NCBI GenBank assembly: GCA_000934665.2
Contig: KZ538379.1
Coordinates: forward strand, 62,001-115,387
From: Catajapyx aquilonaris
Lineage: Eukaryota
DNA length: 53,387 bases
Reading direction: 5' to 3'
Shown: piece after piece, positions 23,030-35,460 of the stretch
Numbering within the stretch: position 1 is the first letter of the stretch
Layout: each line of letters begins with the position of its first letter
Made by a program: the position numbers and the translations under genes
The notes under the pieces: model-generated
What the model saw: only the letters and a program-made list of their open reading frames with translations
What the model was told of the DNA's origin: nothing
Database searches by the model: none

Positions 23030-24200
23030 GTTTTAAAACGGTCGGTTATGATGTGTAAATGGCCAGTTAAGTGTTAACCAGCCTGTTAAAAGTGTTAACC
23101 GGACGGTGAAGAGTGTTAAACTGCCGTTTACATTTTAAAACAGTTGGTTAAGATTTTAGAATGTCGGTTAAAATGTTAACCAGCTTGTTAATATTGAATA
23201 ACAGCCTATTACTATCGCAAACAGCCTGTTGATATTTTAAACAGCTTCTTAATTTTGAAATGGTCGGTTAATATTGTTAAACTATCAGTCAAATTTTAAA
23301 TGTCTGGTTAAGTTTTTGAATGGTCCGTTAAAATTCTAAACAGCCTGTTAATACTTTTCAAAAGTCTGTCAATATTTTAAATAACATGATAATAGTTTAT
23401 ACTACCGTTTAAATACCATTTTAATAGTTTATACTATCGTTTAAATACCATTTTAATAGTTTATACTATCGTTTAAATACCATGTTAATAGTTTACACTA
23501 TCGTTTAAATTTTTGATTTGTTGGTTAAGATGTTAACTAGCCTATTAATATTACAAACACCCTGTTAATATTTTACACAGGCTGTTAATTTTTAAACTCC
23601 TTTTATTTTTTAAACTCAGTTAATATTGCTAAAGGGCCAGTTAAATTTTAAACACCTGCTTGAAATAGAATGGTCGGTTGGGATGTAAAACAACCTGTTA
23701 ATATTGTTAAATACCCTCTGAATATTTTTAAACGTCTGATCCCATTTTTAAACGGCTGGTTAATATTTTGCATGGTCGGTTAAGAGTAACACTACAGCAT
23801 GTTAAGATAGTTAAATGGCCGGTTAAATTTTAAACGGCACTTTAAGATTTTAAACGGTCAGTTAAGATGCTAAATAACTTGCTGAGAGATTAAACACCCT
23901 AAATATGTCGTTGACATACACTTTAATAGTTTTAAACGGTCGGTTAGAATTTTTAACCACCAGTTAAAATTGTTAACGGCTGTTAAAATGTTAAACAGCT
24001 TATTAATACTGTTGAACAGCTTATTAATACTGTTAAACAGCTTATTATTATTATACTGTTAAACAGCTTATTATTATAATACTGTTAAACAGCTTATTAT
24101 TATAATACTGTTAAACAGCTTATTATTATAGTATTGTTAAACGGCCTCGGCCGGTTAATTTTTAACTGACGATTACGGTTTTTAAATGGCCGGTTAAGAT
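23030..24200. repeat. GTTAA/TTAAAC-rich degenerate island with local 32-bp and about 26-bp tandem units
   Basis: aatagtttatacta.cgtttaaataccat at 23391, 23423 and 23455. ctgttaaacagcttatta repeats at about 23990-24140. Confidence 0.8.
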
Positions 24201-24582
24201 TACATCCATGTTATTCAGAGTTTGGGTGTCTTCTTGTGAGTGTTTTGGGGGGTACCAATGCTGCCGTCTTTCCCTCTGCCCTTGTCTTAGGTGGCTCTAA
24301 TATTTCCTTATCATTCCGCCTGTCTGCCCCTCCAAAGTTGGCCCCCTTTCCACGCTTCCTTCGTCATTCGGCAGTTCAAAGCCACTCCGGATGCCATTCC
24401 CGGAATATTTCCAACAGTTTCGCCGTTCTCCCTCCGATTCCGTCAGGATACCGACCATCACTCCATGCGTACCGTGCCTTTGAAGGGAGGAATTGGCAAC
24501 GCAGCACGTACGGTATTCAGAAACATTGGGCTAGTCCTGGACTAAAGGTGGACTAACGCTTGGTTGGTCAGTGGCGTGGATT

Positions 24583-24790
24583 GCCCTGAGGAGTGACGTA
24601 GCGTGCCCTGAGGAGTGACGTAGCGTGCCCTGAGGAGTGACGTGGCAGGATCTGATTGGTCATGACGAGGCGTGCCCTTATTGGTCGTAACGTAGCTTCA
24701 CCTGATTGGTCGTGACGTGGCTTCACCTGATTGGCCAGTGACACATCGCATTCTGATTGGCCGGCTCGACGATTCGCGATATGATTGGAC
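24583..24790. repeat. 22-bp unit x3 followed by an about 25-bp unit x6 carrying ATTGG and TGACG
   Basis: gccctgaggagtgacgtagcgt x3. ATTGG at 24655, 24680, 24705, 24730, 24756 and 24784. Confidence 0.85.
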
Positions 24791-27087
24791 CTCTCCTTTG
24801 TTGTGGCGTCCTCTTGTTGGACTGGGAATTATGACATGGCGTGGTCTAGTCAGGGCCGCGTTTCCGGTTGACTTTTCACCCCAGGGTTTTTTAGCCTGGT
24901 TCCAATCGGCGGGTAATCTCCTTTGTGGTCTCGGGTTAAGCCGCAGAGAGGTGAACTAGCGGGCAACTAGCTGCCTATCAACAGATAGATATAGTGTGGA
25001 GCTCTACTCTCTCCCCGGGTACAGCGATCATTTTGCAGGACCAAGCCCCCCTGATTGCAGGGCAGTGTAAAAATAAGATTAATTCACCGTAATCACCGTG
25101 ACTTCAAATGGTTTCATTTAGTCTGGTGCTAGGGGGATGGGGGGGGAAACTACATCGGGTTTTATCCGAAATCGATTACAACAGACTGCAGTTGGCCGAT
25201 GAGGGATCAGTTTTGTGTTGTTGTCCCCACTTCTCTCCACCCACCAATTGAAGAGTTTGTCAGACCAAATTATGTTGGGTTCCATCCGAAAAAAAAACAA
25301 TGATGTTTCTTGTGTGGGGACATTATTGCACACTAGGTTGCAGACAATGAGAGTAATCCTGGTGTAATTGAATGACATGGCTTAATCCGCAAATTTTGTA
25401 GCTAAGAGAGCCAATTATTCAACAGTAAGGTGTAACACCTAAATATTTGAGGGTAGTCTTGTGCACATGAACATACTGGGATGTCATGTGCCAACTTCAT
25501 GGAGGATTGCAGCACAACCAGGGCTAGAGGGAGTATTATTGCATATTCATACCCCCTGTTCTACCCCTCACCTAATTTTGCGAATTCCAACCCAGTCCGA
25601 GCTCCTGGCTTCGGACACACCGAGCTTAGGTCTAATTGTCTGCCAACGTTCCTCCATGGTGTTCATACGGTTTTGCAGAGAGCCCATTTCTGCGAATGGA
25701 ATCTGCGACAAGTCCACCTCTGGAATATCTCTCATTCCTACCAGGGTAAACCCCAGGGCGTAAATCGTGTCCCGGCTATTAATTCTGTCGGCGAAGATTC
25801 CTTTGCTAAACAAGGGGGATTGTTGTGTGACTCGGGTTTTGTTTGGAGGGAAAAATATTCGTGGCAATGTAGCGTGACGTCATGGGGAAGCAAGAGTTCG
25901 CGAGATTCATTGGGAAGGGTGTGGAGTATGCCGTTTTTAATCATTTCTTCAGATGTAAAAAAATAGTTGACAATAATGTAGCTAATTTAAATATACCAAT
26001 AATGCACCAAGCAGCTCTAAAATTTAATTTAATTTTCATAATTAGCCTCTTGTATACCATTCACAATACCGCAATCGTTGCCCGAACAAGCTGAAAAAAG
26101 GGCGATATCTCGAAAGCTTAACTTATCACCAGACTTGCCTGAAGAGATAAAACTGCGCATGACTTATCTCTTGTTGCCATGAATTAATCTACACCTAACA
26201 CGGATTAATTTTTGCCAAAAAAAAGAGAGTGAGTTCGGAATACGATAGTCTGCATTAAAGTTGCCAAATCAGGCCGTCAACAATGGTATGATCCATACTA
26301 ATTAACTGTTTTATTAATTAACATTATTTCAGCAAATTTCAGCATATTTTTGTCCACATGCAAAGTTTGCACTCCATGACTGAATTATAATTTTGGCGTG
26401 CAAATAATTGCACCTTTATATCCCGATATTTCGACTCCTTTCATTTGCAATATTTGATTAATTATTTATACTATAATATGAAGTGAATTTGTGTGTGGTA
26501 CAACAATATTAGAAGCAAAAATTATTTTCACGTGACATATGAATGGCAATTATTTTTAATAATACTGTCTTGTTTACGGATGGCGTTGCTTTAACGTCCA
26601 TTTATGATTGGATGGCTAAGTACATGTAATGCACCTACTTTTTCGCAATTTTTTACACAGAATATGACAAGCAATATTCGCTATTCCAACAGAGCACCAC
26701 TTTCATGCCATCTGAAGTGTGTCTTCCAACTTCAAAAGGGGGCGAGCTTTGCCTGTTAGTCGCGTCCAAACCCCCTGCACTTAGGTTCCGCAATTTTTGA
26801 AGCAAAAATAGACATTTTTGGCACTAGGTTTCAGAACTATGTTAGCTGTGTAGAGAGAGGCCCGGAACGTAGAGAGAGCGCGAAATTTTGAGGGGGGCGG
26901 GGGAGGGGGGGAGGAGAAATCCAAAGTTGGGAAATCCCGCAAAACAATGAAATTCAATTACTGTGGGGCCCACGGGAGGGCCAGAGCGCAGTGCATGGCG
27001 GGAATGCGGGCTTGAAGGGAGGAGGGGAGAGGGGGGGGGTCCTACCGGGACTTGGCCACCCCCGAAAAAACCGGACTGGAAAGCATT

Positions 27088-27234
27088 GTCCAGGGGGGCG
27101 AAACGCAGCTATACACTATTTTCGCAAGCCCAAGGAAGGTATGGGTCAGAAACTGGTTTGCCCCTCCGACACACAAAAAAAATTTGCAATTGCGAAAAAT
27201 TCGCTATAACTGTATTGCAAGCCCCTCTGGAGAC
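27088..27234. mobile_element. Degenerate palindromic MITE, unclassified
   Basis: Left arm gtccaggggggcgaaacgcagctatacactattttcgcaa aligns with the reverse complement of ttgcgaaaaattcgctataactgtattgcaagcccctctggagac. No clear TSD. Confidence 0.45.
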
Positions 27235-27469
27235 AAGCAGGTATTCCCAGGTATGCTGTGTAATGAATTGAATCATTTTTTTGCACGAGAGTTTTCCCCA
27301 AATGCACATTCACTTTATTAACTCTGCAAACTAGATGTGGCATTATAGGAGCCAACAATTAATTCGGATATGGTGATGAGGTTGACAGGACTGAATTAGA
27401 ATCAGTGCAAAAAATGGGCAGTACTCTGCAAAATTTAGCAATAGCTTAGCAATTAAAATTACGTACAAG

Positions 27470-28180
27470 TTCGGTTTTGTACGGTTATGATCGATTCGGG
27501 TACCTTCGGTTCTGTTGGTTAACTTCGGTTCGGTTATGATCTGTTACGTTCTGCTCGAGCAGGTTATGATCTGATCGGTTAGATGAGATTCGGTTATGTT
27601 CGGTTATGATCCGCTATGATAGGTTAATTTCGGTTATTTTCGGTTAAATTAGGTTATGATCGGCTCGGTTAAGTTCGGTTAGGTTAGATGAGATTCGGTT
27701 ATGATCGGTTATGATCGATTGTTTTCGGTTATTTTCGGTTATTTTCGGTTAAATGAGGTTATGATCGGCTCGGTTAAGTTCGGTTAGGTTAGATGAGATT
27801 CGGTTATGATCGGTCATGATCGGTTATGATCGGTTATTTTCGGTTATTTTCGGTTATTTCTGCTCGGGTAAGTTCGGTTAGGTTAGATGAGATTCGGTTA
27901 TGTTGTTCGGTTATGATCGGCTATGAACCCTATGATCGGTTATTTTCGGTTATTTTCAGTTATTTTCGGTTAAATTAGGTTATGATCTGCTCGGTTAAGT
28001 TCGGTTAGGTTAGATGAGATTCGGTTATGATCGGTTATGATCGGTTATTTTCGGTTATTTTCGGTTATTTTCGGTTATTTTCGGTTAAATTAGGTTATGA
28101 TCGGCTCGGTTAAGTTCGGTTAGGTTAGATGAGATTCGGTTATGTTCGGTTAAGTTCGGTTCGCTTAGGTTCTGATAGGT
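27470..28180. repeat. (TCGGTTA)-based satellite with an about 100-125-bp higher-order unit
   Basis: gctcggttaagttcggttaggttagatgagattcggttatg recurs five times, separated by variable numbers of ttttcggtta/tgatcggtta. Confidence 0.9.
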
Positions 28181-29129
28181 TAATTTATGGTAAGAGATGA
28201 GACCATTTTTGCTGATTTAATTTTGATTAATATATTTGAGATCCCAGATTTTGCTTCAAAAAATAGACAGGGGATTCGTAATCTGTCCAGAATTTTACCC
28301 GCTGCGTTCGTTGGATCTTCCGGATGTGAGTCCTATTTGCCCAGCATCCTATGGCACGTACGTTTTAATAGGTCATACTTGCCGGCGTCGCTTGGAATAC
28401 AATCACAGTTTCAATTTCCTCCTCCAAACACTCCCAGATTGGATAGGACCGTCGTGTACACGACGCGAGCGAAATTTTATGTCGCGGATTAATCTTCATT
28501 ATTGTGAAAGGCAGGGACGGAGTTTCCCTAGCCCCAAAATTTTGAGAGGGGGGGGGGGGGGGGGTAGGTTTTGCTCTAAACTCTAGTCGCCAAAATGTAT
28601 GTCGTGCTAATGAAGAAAGCTTGGTAGCGTGAAAAATGAAGAGTCTGTATCAGTGTCCCGGACACTAGTGTGGACAGCAGTCCCTTGTTAGCTGTGTCAC
28701 GCAACGATATGGGAGGGTGGAAAAAGGGAGGTCGGGTTTAGATAAAAAATGAAGGAGTCGTGTGCGGACATCTCGCTTTTGAATTATGCGAAGGGGGATG
28801 CCATCCAACCCGCCTACCTGTCATGGTCTCAGAAATTAACGATCATGCTCCGTTTTCCTGCTATTTTTTTGGCCAAAATTTTTTGGCGAAAATTCGGGCC
28901 ACCCGAGCTGTCAAAGCCTCGCACAGGTAGGCGGTTGTGATTAAATTTGGCAATATGTGATGAAAATACACCATTCTGTACGTTACAAGGAATTTTGTTA
29001 ACCCTGTTAACATAATTCGTATAAAATATCTAAATATTTGCTACTTTGGGCGGAATTTTCGTCCCACTGCTAATTACTGCTAACTTAGCAGATGGTTACT
29101 ACTATGTTGTAGCAATAACTAGCAGTGGG

Positions 29130-29570
29130 ACTATAATTCCACCCTTGGTCTCCAATCACACGAGATGAAAAAATCCGCCATTTTGTGTCCGATCGCATGT
29201 GAAAAATCCACCATTTGTCTGAAATAACATATGGAAAATTCGCCATTTTGTCTCCAATCACACGAAAATCCCCCATTTCGCCTCCAATCACATGTGGGGA
29301 GGAAATCTGCCATTTTGGGTCCAATCACATGTGATAAACTTCCCCATTCTGTGTCTAATCACATGTGGTGAAAATTTGCCATTTTGTCTCCAATCCACCC
29401 ATTCTGTATTCATTCACGTGTGAACAATATTCGCCACTTTGTGCCCAATAACATGTTGAAAATTCTCAATTTTGTCTTCAATCGCATGAAAATCCACAAT
29501 TTTGTGTCCCAAATTTGCCTCTTTGTGTCCAAATCACATGTGATAGAAATCCGTCATGTTGTGTCCAATC
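29130..29570. repeat. Degenerate about 32-bp minisatellite (aaaatccgccattttgtgtccaatcacatgtg)
   Basis: About a dozen diverged units, most with ccattt and ccaatcaca. Confidence 0.8.
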
Positions 29571-30393
29571 CGGACTGAAACCTTTATCCGGTTTAAATGG
29601 TCCGGATTTAATCCCCGTAACCTCTGCCAATAGGATAAGCCCACAAACGTCTTTAGGTTCATGGAGCATTTAAAAGGGGGAGGAAAAACCTGTCCATCTT
29701 GCATGCCTCAAAGATGGGATCAGCTCCAGATGTGAGGCACATTGTCGATTCCAAAGTGGGAATCCGGGGCACTCTGAGACTCTGTGCCCCTTTTTACCCG
29801 GTTTCTTTGGAAGGGAAAAAGCCTCCGTTTTGCTTTGTCGCTCTGTTCCTTTTCAGCTCCCCATACCCCCCCAGGATAAAAGCACATTTATCTCTAGCAC
29901 CTGTGAGGTTGGAAGAAACCGAAAGTAAAAAAAGGGGATAAGAAGGAAGCTTTGGCCTCACACAAATCATGTACAGCTTTCCCCGGAAAAAAGGGGGCAG
30001 GGGGGAGGAGCAAAAATCCGGAATCAAAGAACCTTTCGAGAACAATGGTCTCCTTGATTCTAAGACTCCTTCCTCGCATGCATGTAAGACGTTTTTGAAT
30101 AATAAGACGATCCATTGAAGACGGGGACAGACCATTTTGAAAGAAACCTTTAATGTTTCTTACCCTCCTTACAAACTGGGGTGGGCCAAATGAGTACTTA
30201 ACTACCAGCGATCGCTGAAAAAGTTGCTACAAATAGCAGTTCGCCGATAACATTGTCCAAAAGTAGCAGCGATCACTGCTACGGTTAATGTTAGCAGTTA
30301 TAACTGCTGTTTTCTAAGAGTAACAGTTATAACTTATGTTTGCTAAAAGTAGCAGTTATAACTTATGTTAAAAGTAGCAGTTATAATAACTGT

Positions 30394-30950
30394 TATGTTG
30401 GGATGCTCCTCACTAGATGGTAGGAAGGTGTCTTGGTGAACCTTGGGGAGGGGCTTGTATAGAGTTAGTTCCCCACGTTGGGCGCCATTGTGAAGGATCA
30501 CCAGAGGTGGTCATCTCTCACGATGTTTACTGTTGTAGTTGTTATAACAGGGTTCCAGTCACGAGGAAAATGACAGGCAAATATTAGTAGCAATTATAAC
30601 TTACGATTACTGATAATAGCATTTAGGACTTATGTTGGGGCGTACCTCAGTAGATGGCAGGAAGGTGTCTTGATGGACCTAGGGGGAGGGGGCTTGTGTA
30701 GTGTCTGTCATGGACTCGTGCCCCACGCTGGGCGCCATTGTGAGGGATCACCTGAAGACGAGCCTGAGGTCAGCCCTCACAATGGTTACTGTTAGTAGAA
30801 GTTACAACTGTTAGGTTGTGACGTCCCTCAATAGATGGCAGAAAGTTGTTTTGGTGTACCTAGGGGGAGTCAGTCGTGGGTTCTTGCCCCACGCTGGGCG
30901 CCATTGTGAGGAATCACCACCCGAGGAGGTCAGCCCTCACAATGTTCACT
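30394..30950. repeat. Diverged triplication of an about 140-160-bp GC-rich unit inside a TAGCAGTT island
   Basis: Units start at about 30394, 30631 and 30812. Shared cctca.tagatgg.ag, ccccacg.tgggcgccattgtga.g and ctcac.atg. Confidence 0.85.
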
Positions 30951-31211
30951 TTTAGTATCAGTTTACTGTTAGTAGCAGTTATAACTGTAACATTTGATAT
31001 TAAATTAGTTATAACGGTTACTGTTAATATTAGTAGGAGTGAGATGGCTGTCATTTTGAATTACAGTAGCAGTAATCGCTGCTATTTTCAATTAGCAGTA
31101 GTGGTGATCACTGCTAATTTGAACTTTTCCTGGTCCTCCCTCCTCTTATCTCTCCTCCCTGCTTTGATCTGAGTTGTGCTGAATTACAACGATGGATTGG
31201 ATCTGTGCTTT

Positions 31212-31223
31212 GAGAGAGAGAGG

Positions 31224-31282
<59 letters not shown>
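31212..31282. repeat. (GA)n microsatellite
   Basis: About 35 GA units with two interruptions. Confidence 0.95.
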
Positions 31283-31287
<5 letters not shown>

Positions 31288-31960
31288 AGCCGAAGCATCG
31301 GGAGGAGGGATAGTCTGGAGCTTCAACACACTAAATCTATCCATTCCCCCCTCTCCCCTCTTTCCCTCCGCCTCTTCCTCGTATGTGGACGTGCGACATG
31401 CGGTCTGGCACAACCCATGTAGAAATGGAGAGGGGTTTGTGGGTGGGAAGGGTGGAGGGGGACTTGAAAACGAGCATTGGCAACGGATGGCAGCAAGGCG
31501 GTGTTGCCAAATGGTCGCAGTTTTTGTGTGTTGAGGTTCAGACGACACGTGTTTTGAGGGAAACAGTCACTTCCGACTCGAGTTTTTTTTTTTTTTTGGC
31601 GGGAGAAATTTTTAGTTGTTGGAAGTTACTGGAGGTTGAGGGAGTTTTGTGGGATATAAACAACGCTGAACGGACTGAAAATTTTTAATAGCGAAAACTT
31701 TCTAACGTAACAAAAATTATTACCTATATATATTATAACAGAAATTGCAAATGCAGGGTGTTCCCAATTCGTGGGTCGTTTTTAAAATAGCATGTTAGCT
31801 ATAGAATGGGGCACCCAGTTAGGAGCACAAGCCATTAAAATACCTACTATTAGGCGTTAGGCGATATCAGTTATATAAAAACGACCAGAGAATAGCGAAA
31901 ATAGCCAATATGTCATACGAAAATAGCCAAATACAGAAGTAGACAATATTAACACAAATC

Positions 31961-32178
31961 AACTGCTACTGTTCACAAAGTTACTGCTACTGTTTACAAA
32001 GTTACTGCTACTGTTTACAAAGTTACTGCTACTGTTTACAAAGTTACTGCTACTGTTTACAAAGTTACTGCTACTGTTTACAAAGTTACTGCTACTGTTT
32101 ACAAAGTTACTGCTACTGTTTACAAAGTTACTGCTACTGTTTACAAAGTTACTGCTACTGTTTACAAAGTTACTACTA
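31961..32178. repeat. 21-bp minisatellite, about 10 near-perfect units
   Basis: ctgctactgtttacaaagtta repeated; resumes after the MITE at 32404. Confidence 0.95.
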
Positions 32179-32403
32179 CTCTGCCGTCAGATGTGAGAGG
32201 ACCGTAACTCAATATCCACTTCCCTTGCGGCGAGAAAAGAAAGCAAGTGTTACCGAAAGCATCCAAGAGGTGGCGTTGGGGGAAGGGGGGAAAAGGAACG
32301 GCACCCCAAGTCCACCTGTTACGTGCTTTTGGTACCACTGCTTTTTTTCTCACCGCAAGGGGAAGTGGACATTGAGTTACGGTCTTTTCATATCTGACGG
32401 CAG
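32179..32403. mobile_element. Foldback MITE with TA TSD inserted in a 21-bp minisatellite
   Basis: About 80-bp inverted arms (ctgccgtcagat.tga...gaccgtaactcaat.tccacttccc.ttgcgg.gagaaaa). TA at 32177-32178 and 32404-32405. The host repeat resumes in register at 32404. Confidence 0.82.
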
Positions 32404-33635
32404 TACTGTTTACAAAGTTACTAATATTAATCAAAATAGCTGTTACTGACCCGTATCTAGTATTAATACAAACAGATGATAAATATTGACTAATATCGAC
32501 CAAAATAACTAGTTTTGAGTACAGCATAGCTAATATTTAATACTAAAATGGTAAATCTTATATGGAAAACTATTTTTCTAACATGCTAATTTAGAAAGGA
32601 ACGACATGAAGTTAGATTAAGTATATTATTTGTAAATCACGGTTTTTGCCAATTGTGTTTCCGTGCCAAAATTGTTAAGAAAAGCTGTTAGATGATATTT
32701 ATTCTTGGTCCTGCTATTGTGCTCCCCACGAATAGACACCAAGCTCATACGAATATAACTACAGTAAAATATTTTTGACTTTTCCTCTCCTCAATATCAG
32801 TAGTGTCAGCAGGTAAACACCTGTAGTAAGTTCATTTTAACGAGACTTCCTAACTGCTAAAAGTACAATTTGAGCATCTTCGTTAACAAGCGTGAGCGGG
32901 TAGAGACTCTCCTTATCGTGGTGGCTGGGAGTGAAATGTGCACGAGGGGAAATTTGGCGAAATATGACAATTAGGGGAGAGGCTTAGGCGCTATTCCTGG
33001 GGCTTATCACAACTGCAGGAGACGCTTTGTATTCATTGCCTGGCAACGCTCGGGACTCCCCGTTACAAAATCAGCGATTGAGCCAGCCGATAATAGAAAA
33101 TGGACTGCTTTTGCGACATAATCGCTGTTCTAGGTCCCATCCTCCCATCCTCTCCCCCCCCCCCCCAAGGGNCCCAAGGGTTCTATGCCGAATGTGACTC
33201 TAGACATACCATGGTGACATCGCGCATACCAAGTGTTTGTCGTCATTTTCTTTTGGAAAAACGCCGTATCTGAACGTATACCCGGTAAGGTACTGTTTGT
33301 CTACATCTACAAACCTCCGGTATGTGAAGATGAGACGTTTTTTTTCCAAAATGGGAAGAATTTGGTGCCAAAAAATTACAAGCTAATTAACAATTTAAAA
33401 TTATTAACAATTAAGAAATTAAGCTAAAATTAACAATTAAATTAGACAATTTATTATATCACATGTTCCCATAATCATAACAAAATCAGAATTATATGAT
33501 AATATAATAATTAGCACAACTAGTAAGAAATAACATCTAAGATAATCAATATATTACCATAATAACTAATACTATACAAATACTCTAATAATAAAATAAA
33601 TAAAATAGTAAATAAAGCAATAGTTAGTATACAAT

Positions 33636-33795
33636 GATAGCTAATAAAATAGCTAATGTAGTGAACAAAATGGTAGCTAATAAAATAGCTAATGTAGTGA
33701 ACAAAATAGTCGCTAATAAAATAGCTAATGTAGTGAACAAAATAGTCGCTAATAAAATAGCTAATGTAGTGAACAAAATAATAGAGCTAATGTAA
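33636..33795. repeat. 36-bp minisatellite x about 4
   Basis: gtgaacaaaat at 33661, 33697, 33733 and 33769. Confidence 0.9.
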
Positions 33796-34864
33796 AATAC
33801 AAATTGAATATAATGAATTTAATTTATTATTATAATATACTACTGTATGATTATCTTAGTCTATAGCCTACTCTGTAGTATACGGAATATATAACGCAAA
33901 GTTTGTTTGTTTATCCGGGTGGTGGGGGTGGGGGAGGTAGATACGAATCAGCAGTCCCTGGTTATTTCATAAGGTTGTGCAGCCTTCTCTTCCTAAGCTG
34001 CAAAGGAAGCTCGTCCTGTAAGACTTAGAAGAAGAGGGGAGCTTACTGCCTGGGTTAAATGAGGCGTGGCAAGTCGCGTTTGCACAGGGAGTGGGATAAA
34101 AAAGGGTGGGGAGGATGGTCCCCATTTGGACACTGGCGACACCCATGGAAAACGCTTTATAATTAGGGGAGGAGGCCCAGGTAATTCTAGAGTGGTCGTG
34201 CTGGCATAGGGTAAACAAGAGTCTGGCCAAGGGTTTCTTCTTACACTGTACACTAACCATGGGAGTAGTTGCATGTTATGTTTTTTTGGGGGAGCGGTTG
34301 GAAGAGGGGTTAAGGGGGTTGACTCCTCCCCATGCTGGCTTCTCATCTGGCGTCTCATTTCCCTGCAGGACTAGAGTGCTTTCCAAGCCTTCACGACTAT
34401 CAGGTTCGCCTTTTAATTGTGTTGGAAAATTTGCTCCAAAATGGGCCCCACAGCGCTTCGTATTACAACAGGGATGAGGGCAAGCTTGATGATTGACCTT
34501 TTTACCCGGGAAGGTAATGTTTGGTTCAGACACACACATACACACCGACAAACACAAAAAAGACAAGGGCGTTGTTCCAGAGAGATGGAAATGGCTTCTT
34601 TTTTTCCCGGTAACGATTGGGAATCAAGCAGGTGGTTTTTGCCTATGGGAACAGTTTTTGGAGAGCACTTGTGGCTCCGGCTGGACCCGCTTTAGTCAGG
34701 AAGTCACGCTTGCACAGGAAATCGAACCGGTTCCAGACCGGGTCCACTTTTTTATGTGACGTCTCACGACCGAAGAATCCCAGAGCAAGAATGAACGTCC
34801 ATAGACCCAACTAATTTGGCACTAATCTGTTTCTTTCATAGCTTATTTTATCAAAATGGCTTTA

Positions 34865-35133
34865 TTTTATTAGTTACATTATTTTTTATATTTATAGTTA
34901 CATTATTGGTTATATTTTATAGTTACATTATTGGTTATATTTTATAGTTACATTATTGGTTATATTTTATAGTTACATTAGTGGTTATATTTTATAGTTA
35001 CATTAGTGGTTATATTTTATAGTTACATTATTGGTTATATTTTATAGTTACATTATTGGTTATATTTTATAGTTACATTATTGGTTATATTTTATAGTTA
35101 CATTATTGGTTATATTTTATAGTTACATTAGTA
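34865..35133. repeat. 25-bp minisatellite x about 10
   Basis: agttacatta(t/g)tggttatattttat, period 25. Confidence 0.95.
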
Positions 35134-35289
35134 GTTTAACATTAGCTTAAAATATTGCGACTTTAGCTCATGCGCCATATTTGGTGCAGATATGTGGTTC
35201 GGGTACTTTACACATTCTTTTTACGGTATATCACGGCGCCATCTTTACTCCACGTGTCTGAACGTGCCTCCAACCTTGTTTCGTTCCAG

Positions 35290-35460
35290 GAGAGATGATC
35301 ATCACTAACGACAAGTACGAAATGTCGGAGATCACCAACTCCTTCTACAGTGTTCAAATGAAGCTCATAATCAAGAAGCTGAACAAGTCAGACCTAGGGG
35401 GTTACAAGTGCATCTCGCAGAACTCCATGGGCAACGCGGAGGGAACCATCCGCCTTTACG
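35290..35460 (+). CDS. DIP-beta: DIP-beta-like exon: second half of Ig3
   Basis: Acceptor tttcgttccag, donor GTAAGT 35461, 171 nt, phase 1/1. Translates (G)EMIITNDKYEMSEITNSFYSVQMKLIIKKLNKSDLGGYKCISQNSMGNAEGTIRLY. Confidence 0.95.

Noticed and set aside
25118..25966. Cluster of ORFs suggesting a nested gene or TE coding remnant
   Set aside because: No motif I can recognise in any frame, and ORFs are similarly short on both strands. A TBLASTX search would be decisive.
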